64,000 nucleotides of DNA from Pelagomonas calceolata (GCA_918797485.1 CAKKNE010000002.1:310001-374000), one strand, 5' to 3'. Numbered from the stretch's first letter, positions 44,262 to 54,765 are shown. The notes: generated by a model not told the origin, from the sequence alone. Program-made: numbers and translations.

Positions 44262-45038
44262 ATGGGCAAGCCCAAGCCCCTCCCCGCCGTGGCCGAGGTG
44301 CCCCCGGAGGCGCTCGCCGAGGACCGGCGCCGCGCCGAGGCCATGGTCGCGCTCGTCAAGGAGATGACCAAGGGCGAGGACCGGCGCGAGCGCCTGCTGC
44401 GGCGCGCGCGGCCGAGCGACCAGAAGACGCTGCTGAAGCGCTTCGAGCGCGAGCGCGCGCGCGACGCGCAGCGCATCCGCGAGCTGTCGCAGGAGCGCGA
44501 GGCGCTCCTGCGCGCGTCGGTCCGCGACGCCGCCGCGGCCTCGGCGCCGCCGCCGGCGCGGGACCTCGGCGGCGACTCCGACGACGAGCCGCCGCCGCCG
44601 CGGACGCTCGACTTCTCGCGGCCCGCCGCCCCCAAGAACCTCATGACCGCGCAGAAGCTCGCGCAGGAGAAGGAGATCATCGACAAGTTCAACCGGCTCT
44701 GCCGCCCCGGCCCGCCGCGCCGCGCGCGCGCGCCGCCGGCGCCCGCGTCGACGCGGCGGACCGCACGCGCCGGCGGCGGCGCCACGGCGCGGCGGACCGC
44801 CGCGCTGATGGAGAAGCGGACGCTCCTCGTGCGGCTCCAGGGCATCGTCGAGGAGGAGTCGGCGCTCCGGGCCGGCGGCGCGACGACGCGGCGGTCGACC
44901 GCGCGGTCAGTCTTCCGGACGCCGGCGAGGCCGTCGTCGGCGCGGTCCGTCGCAACGACGGCCTCCTTCGCGACGGTGGGCTCGCGCGCGGCCGCGCCGC
45001 CGCCGCGGCCGCGAGGGGTGCCGCGGCTGCGGCTTTGA
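44262..45038 (+). CDS. Hypothetical coiled-coil protein
   Basis: Charged helical ORF with high GC3. Confidence 0.55.
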   Translation: MGKPKPLPAVAEVPPEALAEDRRRAEAMVALVKEMTKGEDRRERLLRRARPSDQKTLLKRFERERARDAQRIRELSQEREALLRASVRDAAAASAPPPARDLGGDSDDEPPPPRTLDFSRPAAPKNLMTAQKLAQEKEIIDKFNRLCRPGPPRRARAPPAPASTRRTARAGGGATARRTAALMEKRTLLVRLQGIVEEESALRAGGATTRRSTARSVFRTPARPSSARSVATTASFATVGSRAAAPPPRPRGVPRLRL

Positions 45039-45143
45039 TTTTATGTGTAAAGGTCTAGATGGATACTACCGTCTTAGCCAGTAGCTTCTTCTTCTTGACT
45101 TGCTTCTTGCGCGCCTTGTGCGCGTCGATGGTGATGGTGACTC

Positions 45144-45728
45144 TCACGACGGGGCCTTGACCTTGCAGCGCGAGAAGGCGTGGCCCAGGCCCACTTGGGA
45201 ATTCACTTGGGCCTGCTCCAGCAGGTTGTTCTGCAACTCCGGCACGAATTTTGTGAGATGTTGCCTGGCGCCTCTCAGTAGTTCCCGGACGACATCATCG
45301 GAGCGGCAGTGGGCGCCCGTGGCCTCGGCGAGGAGCACGTAGAGGGCCGAGGCCTTGCTCATCGTGCGCGCGCGCCGCGGCGGTGCCTTCGTCTCGTCCG
45401 CGCCGCACGCGTCGATCGCGGCTTGATGGAACGCGTCGATGAGCTGCCGTACGCTGTGGTTCGGAATCAACGTGGTCGACTCCAAGACCTCGCCCGTCTT
45501 TGGACTCGTCGAATTCGCCGAGAGCCAGGCCTCGATGGCGGCCCGTTCATAGGTGTGACCATCACAAGCCATGACGGGATCCTGCATGATGTCCAGGGAA
45601 ATGGAGCACGTGAGTGCATCAAAAATAACGCGCTCCGCGCGTTGATCAGAGAGCGACGACTCCAGCGCGCTTAAGTACTCTTTCTCGAGCCGAGCTCGAG
45701 CCGCGCGCGCGCACGCCTCGTCGAGCAT
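45144..45728 (-). CDS. U-box domain protein
   Basis: CSISLDIMQDPVMACDGHTYERAAIEAWL...SPKTGEVL...LIPNHSVRQLI. Confidence 0.85.
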   Translation of the reverse strand: MLDEACARAARARLEKEYLSALESSLSDQRAERVIFDALTCSISLDIMQDPVMACDGHTYERAAIEAWLSANSTSPKTGEVLESTTLIPNHSVRQLIDAFHQAAIDACGADETKAPPRRARTMSKASALYVLLAEATGAHCRSDDVVRELLRGARQHLTKFVPELQNNLLEQAQVNSQVGLGHAFSRCKVKAPS

Positions 45729-46066
45729 CTTCTCCCCCAGTTTGTTCTGATTTCAAACTCTGAGTCTCTGACGACCGCACGGCGCGCACGCCTCGTGAGC
45801 CTGACACTGTTTAACTCCTGCGCGTCTGGACGCTACTCGCACCGCTAATCCCGCCCGGGGCCCGCGCGCGCGCCAAAAAAGCGGGCGCGGCGCCCTAAAA
45901 CATCAAAACGGGTTTTAGAGCGACGCACTCGCGCCGCCGCCTCGGCCACGCGGAGGGGATGCAGTGAGTTAAGAAAGAAAACACAAGACCCGATCTCGCC
46001 GCCGCGGCCGCGCGGGAGGGGCCCGAGGGGGTGCAGTTGAAAAGAAAACACAAGACCCGTCCCTTA

Positions 46067-47305
46067 CTACAGCGAGAACACGCTCGGCGCGGCCGCGTGC
46101 CGCACGGGCGCCTCGGCCGCGGCGCTCTTCCAGGCGAGCTTCGTCTCCTTCTTGGCCGCGCGCCGCGCCGCGTTCGCGGCCTTGGTCTCGGCCTTGCGCG
46201 CTTTCTTGTCGGCGGCGGACTCGCCGCGCCGCGAGACCATGGTCGCGCGCGACGCCGTCGACGCCGCGTCGGCGTCGCGGTCCGCGACGGCGCGGAGCCG
46301 CTCCGCGCGGAGCGCCGCGCGCGACGGCGGCGGCGCGCGCGGCGGCGGCGCGGCGCCGATGACGCTCGGCCGGTTGTCGAGCGTGCTGAGCGTCGTGAGC
46401 ACGGTCTCGCAGTCGAAGCGCGCCTCGCGCGCGCGGTCCGCGGCGTCCTGCTCGGCGTAGAACGCGTCCAGCGCCCGGTCCGCGGCGCCCGGCTCGTCGT
46501 CCGAGACCGCGTCGTCGACCGCTCGACTCCTATCGCGCGGCGGCGGGTCGAGGAACGTCGCGTCGCTCGGCGGCGCCTGGTCCCCGATGGCCTCATCCAA
46601 CATCGCGCCGAGCACCGCGCCGTCGTCGAGCCGGATGCGGCCCGCGTCGAGGTCGTCCTCTTCCTCCTCGTCGTCGTCGTCGTCGTCCGACGACCAGTCC
46701 GCGAGCGCCGCGTCGAAGGCCGCGTCGTCGGCGGCGTGGGCGCGCGGCGGCGCCGCGTCGAAGGAGGCGTTGTCCTCGTCGTCGTCCTCGCCGCCCTCGG
46801 CCGCGGCGATGAGCCGCGCGACGTGCGCGTCGAAGTCAAACTCCGCCGGCTCGTCGGCCGCCGGCCGCGACGCGTCCATGACAAAGTCGTCGAGGAGCTC
46901 CTCGCAGTCCTCGAAGGCCGCGTCGTCGAAGAGCGCGTCGCGCACGTCCGCGTCCATGAGCCGGTCGTCGAGCGTCACGGCCTCGACGGCGCGTTCGAGC
47001 TCCTGCTCGCCCGGCAGCGCCTCCGGCGGCAGCGCCGCCGCCTTCGAGACGCTGCCGTCGGCGCCTACGAAGACGCCGCCGCCGCCGGCGCGGAGGTGGC
47101 GCTCGTAGTCGTAGCCGTCGTCGGCGAAGCCCGCCCGCGTGACGCGCGCGCGCCGCGCGGCGTTGACGGGCGCCTGCGCGAGCAGCACGCGCTCCGACGG
47201 CCGGTCCTCGAGGCCGAACGCGCCGTCCTGCTGGCTGCGGTGCACGACGTTGTACGTCGTCGCGGCCTTCTTGTCGATGAACTTCTTTTTGCGTCCGCCG
47301 CCCAT
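46067..47305 (-). CDS. LTV1: LTV1 40S biogenesis factor
   Basis: KKKFIDKKAATTYNVVHRSQQD, DDGYDYERHLR, FDCETVLTTLSTLDNRPSVI. Confidence 0.9.
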   Translation of the reverse strand: MGGGRKKKFIDKKAATTYNVVHRSQQDGAFGLEDRPSERVLLAQAPVNAARRARVTRAGFADDGYDYERHLRAGGGGVFVGADGSVSKAAALPPEALPGEQELERAVEAVTLDDRLMDADVRDALFDDAAFEDCEELLDDFVMDASRPAADEPAEFDFDAHVARLIAAAEGGEDDDEDNASFDAAPPRAHAADDAAFDAALADWSSDDDDDDEEEEDDLDAGRIRLDDGAVLGAMLDEAIGDQAPPSDATFLDPPPRDRSRAVDDAVSDDEPGAADRALDAFYAEQDAADRAREARFDCETVLTTLSTLDNRPSVIGAAPPPRAPPPSRAALRAERLRAVADRDADAASTASRATMVSRRGESAADKKARKAETKAANAARRAAKKETKLAWKSAAAEAPVRHAAAPSVFSL

Positions 47306-47716
47306 GGTGCTTCACCTCTTGCGGCGCGTTTGCTGCAGGTTTGCTGCAGTGTGTCTGAGAGTGGTTACTCTCCGCGGCGCAGCCGTTTCGCGTCTTGCCT
47401 TTTTCTTAGATTCTTGGGGCACCGCTGCGACTGTGTAGATGCGTTGTTCGTCTGAGCTCTAGGCGCAGCAAAATGCCAAAGCCAGAGCTCATCATCGCCT
47501 CTGAGTCTGCAGCCAAGGTGCCTCTACGCTCACGCGCGGATATAGAAATCACGGTACGCACGTCGCACCGCATACAGGGGTCGTTCCTGGACGTATTCGG
47601 TCGGCCTGGTCAACGCTGGGATCGCGCCGCCGTCAATTGGCTGTGCAGCTCAGCCTCCCAGGCACCAACACGACGCCAACGCCACGCGCGCGGGACACGC
47701 AGAGGGGGTCTGAGCC

Positions 47717-48703
47717 ATGTCGCACCGCGACTTCGCCCGGCCGGGCACGAACATCAACACGGTCGAAGGGAACAAGGCCGGCGGCCGCGCGGCCCGGCTC
47801 ACGCGGGAGCGGGAGGCGGACCAGAAGGCCTTCGAGGACAAGAAATCAAAAATTGAGGCCGACGCGACCAAGGGCCTGGGCCGCATCGACGACAAGTTCG
47901 ACAAAACGATCCTGAATACGGTGCTCTCCGGCGGCGGGCTCCAGACCGCGGCCCAGTACAAGGCGGCGCAGAGCCAGCCGGTGGCGCCCGCCGCGGCGCC
48001 GCCCCCGAAAAAGGCCCCGGCCCGCGCGCCCGACGCCCGCGCCGCCAAGCGCGCGAAGACGCGGCAGCTCGCGCAGCTCTCGTTCGGCGACGCGTTCGAG
48101 GACGAGGAGGAGGAAGCGGCGCCGCCGCCCAAGCGGCCGACGTCGCTGAAATGCCCCGACGTGGACACCGCGTTCCTGCCCGACGCCGCACGCGACGCCG
48201 CCAAGGCTCAAAGGAGGGCGCAGGCCGCGGCGGAGTGGCTCGCGGCGCAGGAGGAGGCCAAAAAGGCGCCGCTCCAGATCGCCTACTCGTACTGGGACGG
48301 GTCGGGCCACCGGCGGAAGCTGACGATCGAGCGTGGGGCTACGATCCATACATTCCTCGAAAAAGCGCGCGAACAGCTCTCGGGGGAGTTCCCGGACCTG
48401 CGGCGCGCCGCCGTCGAGAACCTCATGTACGTCAAGGAGGACCTGATCGTGCCGAGCCACTATTCGTTCCACGACCTCATCGTCGCGAAGGCCCGAGGCA
48501 AGTCCGGGCCGATGTTCGATTTTTCCGCGCGCGAGGACGTGCGACTCGTCGGCGACGTGAGGACCGAGTCGGACGCGGTGCACCCGGGGAAGGTCTGCCT
48601 GCGCGCGTGGTACGAGCGCAACAAGCACATCTTCCCGGCCTCGCGCTGGGACAACTACGAGCCGGGCGTCGACCACGGCGAGCGCTACACGGTGAAGGGG
48701 TAA
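47717..48703 (+). CDS. FAM50: FAM50/XAP5 (XCT) family protein
   Basis: PDVDTAFLPD, YSYWDGSGHRR, LMYVKEDLIVP, ARGKSGP, WYERNKHIFPASRW. Confidence 0.93.
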   Translation: MSHRDFARPGTNINTVEGNKAGGRAARLTREREADQKAFEDKKSKIEADATKGLGRIDDKFDKTILNTVLSGGGLQTAAQYKAAQSQPVAPAAAPPPKKAPARAPDARAAKRAKTRQLAQLSFGDAFEDEEEEAAPPPKRPTSLKCPDVDTAFLPDAARDAAKAQRRAQAAAEWLAAQEEAKKAPLQIAYSYWDGSGHRRKLTIERGATIHTFLEKAREQLSGEFPDLRRAAVENLMYVKEDLIVPSHYSFHDLIVAKARGKSGPMFDFSAREDVRLVGDVRTESDAVHPGKVCLRAWYERNKHIFPASRWDNYEPGVDHGERYTVKG

Positions 48704-48961
48704 ATATGTATTCTTGTTCTACCAGTGCTGTGTCTTTTGCTAACAGTGCTATGATCACCAGGCGATCCCCTAGCCTCCTATAATTTCGGCTAGTGTCTCT
48801 ACGACACTAGCAAGCCGTGGCGGCAGCCTTTGCGCATGCCACAGTGGCATACAAACTGGTCCAGCGACGTTTGTGCGTAGCAGATCGACGTATCTAAACG
48901 CCGCTACGAGTTTGAGCATCCGTTCGTGCGTGGTGTCTCTCTGAACCAGGGAGAGCAAAAA

Positions 48962-49019
48962 CAAGTCAGAGACTGAGGCCGCGTTGGACCCAAGTCAGAG
49001 ACTGAGGCCGCGTTGGACC
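48962..49019. repeat. Perfect 29-bp tandem duplication
   Basis: caagtcagagactgaggccgcgttggacc x2. Confidence 0.95.
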
Positions 49020-49101
49020 ATCAGGAATCGCCTACGACACGATTCTGGCCGCCACGGTCAGCTGCTAGTTCGACAACGAGCCACGGGCCTAGGACGAGAC
49101 G

Positions 49102-49471
49102 ATGCTGCGCCGTGCCCTGCTCACGAGTCGGCGGCACATCAACGTCTACAAGCCCGGCGACGTCGTCCGCCTGAAGCACCGGCGGTGGAAGAAACTCCCG
49201 GACAGGAAGCTCGCCGGCGCGGAGGTCGAGACGGCGTGGCAGGCGTCGTGGATGGCGCGGGGCGGTGTGCGAATATCACAACCATTTACGCCATCGACGC
49301 GACGGTATCATCGGCACACAGGTAACGCTGGGCGTCGTCTTCGTCGGCCTGCCGTGGGCGTACTACGCCTCGCAGGACGCCATCAAGGTTCGCGCCGGAA
49401 CGAACCGAAAGAAGGAGGAGCTCCAGCGGACGGTTTATGAAAAGCGCCTCGACCGGCGGCGAGAGGAGTAA
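49102..49471 (+). CDS. Small single-TM protein, probably mitochondrial; exons 49102-49254 and 49322-49471 (100 aa)
   Basis: MLRRALLTSRRH presequence; splicing gives WQASWM|VTLGVVFVGLPWAYY. Confidence 0.65.
49255..49321 (+). mobile_element. Degenerate introner-type intron, 67 nt, GC-AG
   Basis: Element starts CGGTGTGCGAATATC 8 nt after the donor; contains ACGCCATCGACGCGACG; ends GCACACAG. Confidence 0.75.
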
Positions 49472-49484
49472 AAAACATGTGGTG

Positions 49485-50651
49485 TTACCGCGGCCGCCGT
49501 AGCAGCACGTCCGCCAGCGATCCGAGGCCGCCCTGGAGCCGCTGGCGCGCGCCGCCGGTTTCTCGTTGCTGCGCCGCGATGGCGCCGCAGACGTCGGCGT
49601 ACTCCGTCCGCGCGATTTCCCGCGGCGCGGCGCCGCCGCGCAGCTTCTGGAACGACCGGCAGTAGCGCTGGCCGCGGCGCACGCCGGCGCACTGCGTCGC
49701 CATCGTGAACTTGTAGGCCTTCGCCCGTTGCAAGACCTTGGCGTACCACGTGTCGAAGTCGGGCATGGAGAAGTGGAGCAGCGTCAGCGGCGTCCGCGCG
49801 AAGAACCGGTCGAAGTTGCGGTTGTCGATCATGGCGTCCTGCGACGACGCGTTGTCCCTCCTGATCTTCCCGAAGTGGTTGCCCTGGTCCGTCTCGAGGA
49901 AGTCGGGCCCTCCCCTAAAGAAGGTCTTGGCCATGGCCGTCTGCGTCGGCGGCGAGAACGCGCGCACGACCGCGGGCCGTTTAGCAGCGTCGGCGACGAC
50001 GTTTCCTGAAGAGACGACGTGGAGGCCGCCGCCCAGCGCGTCGCCGTCGTCCGCCGGCGCGGGGCAGGCCGCGACGCGGCTCGAGAACTTGAACTTGCGC
50101 ATTTCATTTGATGACGCACTCGCCGCGAATGCGGCCCGGATGCGCCGCGCGTCCGCGACGAAGCCCTGATCGGCCTCGAGCACGACGAACTCGTCCACAT
50201 CCAACGGCACGAGCAGCCGGGCTTCGTCCGCGCGCGCGCGCATCGCTCTACTCAAAGCCTCGGCCTTTTCGCCGAAGGCGCCCCGGAACGTCTCGACCGT
50301 CACGCCCCGGGTTTTGTACGCTTCGAGTATCGCGAGCACTTTAGGATTCGTCGACGCGTGGTCCATGACGACGACGTTGCTACACCCAAACACCGCGCAG
50401 TGCCAGTAGAGCCAGTCGCCTAACAAAAATTCCTCGTCGCGGTGGAACGCGAAGACCTTCGCGAGCGGCTGCTGCATTTCATTCTGGTCGTTTGGAGTGC
50501 TCGCGCCGGACCGCGCCGCCGCGTAGAGGAGGCCCGCCGCGACGAGCGCCAGCGCGAGGTCCGCGAGCCGTCGCGTGCTGCTCTTACGCGTGGCCTCCTT
50601 TGGTGTATTCGCTTCGACGTCGTCGTGCCGCCCTTTTGCTCTGCGCTGCAT
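49485..50651 (-). CDS. Type II membrane glycosyltransferase (GT2-like, Glyco_tranf_2_4)
   Basis: HRDEEFLLGDWLYWH, VVMDHAS, LVPLDVDEF. Confidence 0.75.
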   Translation of the reverse strand: MQRRAKGRHDDVEANTPKEATRKSSTRRLADLALALVAAGLLYAAARSGASTPNDQNEMQQPLAKVFAFHRDEEFLLGDWLYWHCAVFGCSNVVVMDHASTNPKVLAILEAYKTRGVTVETFRGAFGEKAEALSRAMRARADEARLLVPLDVDEFVVLEADQGFVADARRIRAAFAASASSNEMRKFKFSSRVAACPAPADDGDALGGGLHVVSSGNVVADAAKRPAVVRAFSPPTQTAMAKTFFRGGPDFLETDQGNHFGKIRRDNASSQDAMIDNRNFDRFFARTPLTLLHFSMPDFDTWYAKVLQRAKAYKFTMATQCAGVRRGQRYCRSFQKLRGGAAPREIARTEYADVCGAIAAQQRETGGARQRLQGGLGSLADVLLRRPR

Positions 50652-51062
50652 GGGACCGCGTGCTAATAATCACAGCTCTCAGCTCGCAGCTCCAGGCGCT
50701 CGATACGCAGCGCTTTCGAGCTGTGCCCGTCAGAGGGGCCCGAGCGAAGCCGAGGGCTTCTGCTGATGATCGGTGCGGTCCAGGAAGGAGGCCTAAGTGC
50801 TTTTTTGGGCTGCCGGCGCCGCGTTTGCTAGTATGTTACATACCGCTAGCTCGTCTGCGCGCGCATTGGAGCAAAGCGCAGGCATTCTTTGCAAGCGGTC
50901 GCCCAAAAAGACTGCTTGTTGCTGAATCGTGCACAGCCGGTGGTGGCGAGCTAAGTTGCAGCGTGCCAGCCGTCAATTTTGAGCGCGACTGCCTGCTGCG
51001 CTGCAGCGTGCGGTGCCCGCAGCGGTGCCCGCAGGGGTGCCCGCAGCGGTGCGCCCTCAATA

Positions 51063-51347
51063 ATGAAACACTCCCCAAGGCGGCAACACCGCAAGAGGCG
51101 GCGCCGGCGCTGGCTGACGCGCTGCGTGCTCGGGCTCCTCGTGGCCGCCGCCGCGGTGACGATGTTCGTGCTGTTCAGAAGCGACGACGACGCGGCGCGC
51201 CCGCCCGACGAGGTGCGCCACGCGCGGCGGTCCCGCATTGGTGAAGAGCGGCTCACGCCGGAGACCAGTCTGCGGTGGCTCGTGGCGATGCGCGTGCAGG
51301 AGGAGCGCGCGTCGGAAGAGAGGAGACGGGTCTACCGGCACCCCTAA
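51063..51347 (+). CDS. Small single-pass membrane protein
   Basis: Basic N-terminus followed by CVLGLLVAAAAVTMFVLF. Confidence 0.5.
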   Translation: MKHSPRRQHRKRRRRRWLTRCVLGLLVAAAAVTMFVLFRSDDDAARPPDEVRHARRSRIGEERLTPETSLRWLVAMRVQEERASEERRRVYRHP

Positions 51348-51409
51348 GTTGTTGTTGTTGTGTGAAAAAACTAAGCGGCACGGAGTATTAGACAAGAGGG
51401 GGCGAGCTC

Positions 51410-52795
51410 TCAGACCCACGTCGCGTTGAGCCCCGAGTGGACGATGCGGCGGAAGGCCTCGTTGAGCGTGTCGTCCTTCTTCGAGAAGCAGAAGCGCGCG
51501 AGCGAGTCCGTGATGTGGCGGTGGCCGAAGGAGAAGAAGGCCGACGCCGGGATGGCCGTCACGCCGGCGCGCTCGCAGAGCTGGCGGCAGACGGCGAAGT
51601 CCCGCCGGTCCCGCAGCGGCAGGTCCTCGGGCGCCTCCCAGAGCGGGAACTCCGTGGGGATGCCGATTTTGGTCGTGTCCGCCAGCAGGAAGTAGCCGCC
51701 CTGGGGCGTTATCGGCGAGAGGCCCGCCGTCCGCAATAATCGACAAAGTTTGTCGCGCTTCGCTTGTAGGGTTGCGGTCAGGTCCTCGAAGTAGCCGAAC
51801 TCCTCGGCCTTGTCGAAGGCGATGGCCGAGGCGATCTGCAGCGGCGTCGGCGTCGAGAAGTTCGAGGCCTGGTGGACCCGCACCAGCGGCGCGATGAGCG
51901 GCTCGGGCCCGACGGCGTAGCCCACGCGCCAGCCCGTGGCCGAGAACGTCTTGCCGACGCTAAAGACCGAGATCGTGCGCTCGAACATGCCCTCGACGGC
52001 GCCGACGTGGTGGTGCCTTAGACCATCGTACACCATGCCCTCATATACTTCATCGCTCAACACGAGTAACCGGGGATACCGCTTCACGACCTCGGCGATG
52101 CCCTCGAGCTCCTCCCGCGAAAAGACCTTGCCCGTCGGGTTGTGCGGCGTGTTTAGTACTAGTAATTTTGTTCGCTCCGTTAAAGCATCATCTAATTCAT
52201 CTAGGTCCAATTTCCAGTCCGCGGCCGTCTCGGCCCAGTCCGCGCGCAGCGGCACGCCGATCGTCGTCGCCCCCATCAGGTCCGCGGCGATCTTCGGCGC
52301 GTCGAAGTAGGGCTCCACGCAGACGACCTCGTCGTCGGGGTCGACCAGCGCCACCAAAGCGCTAAAAATCGCGTTCGTCGCGCCGCCGACGACCCCGATC
52401 TCCGTATACGCATCTATACTCCTCCCAAACCGCGGCGAGTACCGCGACGCGAGCTTCTCGACCAGCCGCGCGTGGCCCGCCGGCCGGCTGTACTGGTTGT
52501 AGTCCGCCCGGATGGCCTCGACGGCCGCCTCCTTGACGAAATCGGGCATTGCGTAGTCGGGAAAGCCCTGGCCCAGGTTGACCGCATTAAACTTATCCGA
52601 AAGTTCGCTGAACTCGGCGAAGACCGACGGCTCGGTGCGGCCCATGCGCACGCTGGACAGCGGCGACTGCGCTTGGGGGCGCTGCGCCAGCGTCGGATCG
52701 GCGTCGAAAAGAGTGGACCGCGTCGCGTCGGAGCTCTTGGGCTTGGAGCGGCCTGCACCGCGCGCCCGGCGGGCCATGGCTCTTGCGCTGCGCAT
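51410..52795 (-). CDS. Class I PLP aminotransferase, kynurenine/glutamine transaminase K/YbdL type (alternative start 52645)
   Basis: AVNLGQGFPD, NTPHNPTGKVF, LSDEVYE, SVGKTFSATGWRVGY, RFCFSK. Confidence 0.92.
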   Translation of the reverse strand: MRSARAMARRARGAGRSKPKSSDATRSTLFDADPTLAQRPQAQSPLSSVRMGRTEPSVFAEFSELSDKFNAVNLGQGFPDYAMPDFVKEAAVEAIRADYNQYSRPAGHARLVEKLASRYSPRFGRSIDAYTEIGVVGGATNAIFSALVALVDPDDEVVCVEPYFDAPKIAADLMGATTIGVPLRADWAETAADWKLDLDELDDALTERTKLLVLNTPHNPTGKVFSREELEGIAEVVKRYPRLLVLSDEVYEGMVYDGLRHHHVGAVEGMFERTISVFSVGKTFSATGWRVGYAVGPEPLIAPLVRVHQASNFSTPTPLQIASAIAFDKAEEFGYFEDLTATLQAKRDKLCRLLRTAGLSPITPQGGYFLLADTTKIGIPTEFPLWEAPEDLPLRDRRDFAVCRQLCERAGVTAIPASAFFSFGHRHITDSLARFCFSKKDDTLNEAFRRIVHSGLNATWV

Positions 52796-53570
52796 GGTCG
52801 TCTTTTAGTTATATGTGCTGCTGGTGTCTCGACGCCGGTGAGAAATGGCTGTCGCAAGCGCACGCGCGTCGCAGCGTCGCGGTTCTGAATGAGATAGTTA
52901 TAGTCAATTCGGATGGCGGGGGCGCGCGCCTAGGACGTCGCGCTCTGGCCCAAAAAATCCGTCTGGTCGGGTTCGGGTTTTACACGGTAAAACGGGTTTT
53001 GAGGACGCGCACGCGACGTAATAACATGGCCCCCGGCGGTGGTCACCTTCGTCCGCGAATGGTGTGCGCATGCACCGCATGGATCTCCGGCGAGCGGCAG
53101 ACGCGGCGAGGGGGGCGCGCCATGTGGGCGCGCCGGGCCCGCGTTCCCGGGGGGCAGCGTGGGCGCACCGTCTTCATGCTGACCGGTACGACAAGCGGGC
53201 CCGTGGGACTTCGATACCTGCCTTTAGATGAACGTGGCGCAAGAAGGTAGTTCCACCGGCGCGCCGCGTAAAAGTTGACATTTTCAAACCCGCCCCACCC
53301 ATCCCAGGGAGTCCTGGGAAGTCTGGACGAAAGCCTTCCCTGCGAATCGCGGCTCGATCGCTACAAGCTTTGGGTAAAGCAGGAACGGCAGCACCTTGCA
53401 TTGCATTCGCACGCTCGGGACACGCGCACCGCGCACGCGTCCCCCGGCGTGGACGCCGCTGTCTCCCGACCATTCCTGGGGCGAACGCGTTCGGCCTTGG
53501 CCAGCCCGCAGGCCGCCGCCTCATACACACACCTGGCGCACCCGGGGCTCCCCCCGCCGCGCAAGACCGC

Positions 53571-53662
53571 CGTGGAGCTCCCCTCTCGCTCCACGCTAAT
53601 CTAAACACGGGAAGACCTCTCCGTGGAGCTCCCCTCTCGCTCCACGCTAATCTAAACACGGG
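53571..53662. repeat. Two hairpin-containing units, period 51 bp
   Basis: CGTGGAGC-tcccctctc-GCTCCACG-ctaatctaaacacggg at 53571 and 53622. Confidence 0.9.
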
Positions 53663-53723
53663 TAACTCCTCGATGCGCGCCGCGCATCTCGACGCGGCGG
53701 CGCGCGCTAATTCGTAGACGCCC

Positions 53724-54389
53724 ATGGACGGCCTCTCGGTGCTCGCCGGCGCGACGGCCGCCGCCGAGGCGGCCACAACGCGCGTGACGCAGCGGATCGT
53801 GGTTCCAGGGCGGCGTCCACATCAGACGTCCGCGGCGCCTCCGTCGCCGACGCCACCTAACATACCGCATCGAACGCAGGTCGTGCGCGTGCCCCACGGC
53901 GCCGCGCCCGGCGACCGCTGCGAGTACCGGTTGCCCGAGGGCACGGTCGCGGACCGTGCCGAACTCAAAACCGCGCCGCGCCGTCGACGCGCCCCTCGTA
54001 GCTCGCTCGGGACCCGGGCTCACCGGTCGACGACGGCCCCGCAGGTCGCGCGCCACTTCGTCGTCCCCGCGGGCGCGCAGGTCGGCGACCTGCTGGAGGT
54101 CTCCGACGGCACGGCGCGCCTGACGACGCCCGCGGCCGTCGGCGTCTTCGCGGGCCAGCAGCCGGGCTGGTACTGGCGCGTCCGCGGCGACGCCGCGAGC
54201 CACTGGAAGCCCCTCGACGTCGCAAACGGCGCGCGCGACTCGTCGCGACGGCCGCCGCCGGAGCGCGCGCCGCCGCCGCCGCCGCCGTGGAGTCCAGCCG
54301 CGGATCCGCCGTGGGCCCAGGCGCCGCCGCCGCCGCCGCCGCCGCCGCAGAACGACTTCGCGTGGCCGCTGGGTCCCTGGCAGGGGTAA
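53724..54389 (+). CDS. Small VPxGxxPG-module, Pro-rich protein with two probable in-frame introns (53799-53879, 53946-54044)
   Basis: Removing both gives QRI|VVRVPHGAAPGDRCEYRLPEGT|VARHFVVPAGAQVGDLLEV; flanks GTGGTTCC/GTCGTGCG and GTCGCGGA/GTCGCGCG; CTAAC branch motif in intron 1. Confidence 0.6.
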   Translation: MDGLSVLAGATAAAEAATTRVTQRIVVPGRRPHQTSAAPPSPTPPNIPHRTQVVRVPHGAAPGDRCEYRLPEGTVADRAELKTAPRRRRAPRSSLGTRAHRSTTAPQVARHFVVPAGAQVGDLLEVSDGTARLTTPAAVGVFAGQQPGWYWRVRGDAASHWKPLDVANGARDSSRRPPPERAPPPPPPWSPAADPPWAQAPPPPPPPPQNDFAWPLGPWQG

Positions 54390-54765
54390 CCTGGCCGAAT
54401 CCCCTTTCCTGTCTCCCCACATCGCCCGTGCTGCGCCCCACGCGCTCTCTGTACCGATGCTGTTTATCAACGTCTAATTAATAGAACTATGCCTGAGAAA
54501 ACGACCGTCGTCGCCTCCGAGCCAACACTCGGGGCGACGGCGTACGAGGGCGGGGCGGGGCGGGCGTTCGGTCACGCAGCCCCCGCGGCGGGCCGCGGCT
54601 AGGCGGCCTAGCTCTTAAGCAAGCAAAACGACTTTCGTACATGCCGCGGGCGCCGGGCGGGCCCGCGGCGTAGAGCTAAGCCACCTAGTCAGTCGCCCAG
54701 CCCGCCCACCGGCCCGCGTGCACGCCGCCGCCCCGGGTATCTTATGATTATATTTCCTATTTTCG

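Noticed and set aside
45075..45146. Possible TGA readthrough/selenocysteine or alternative Lys-rich tail after the U-box ORF
   Set aside because: No redox-motif context and no recognisable SECIS or splice signal.
48770..48964. 64-aa minus-strand ORF
   Set aside because: Non-ATG start, non-coding-like composition, no motif.
7782..50651. Glycan gene cluster (jacalin-like, sulfotransferase, GT15, GH28, GT2-like)
   Set aside because: Spread over more than 40 kb among housekeeping genes.
53571..53662. Palindromic direct repeats resembling CRISPR
   Set aside because: Only two units with a 10-nt gap, no cas genes, eukaryotic context.
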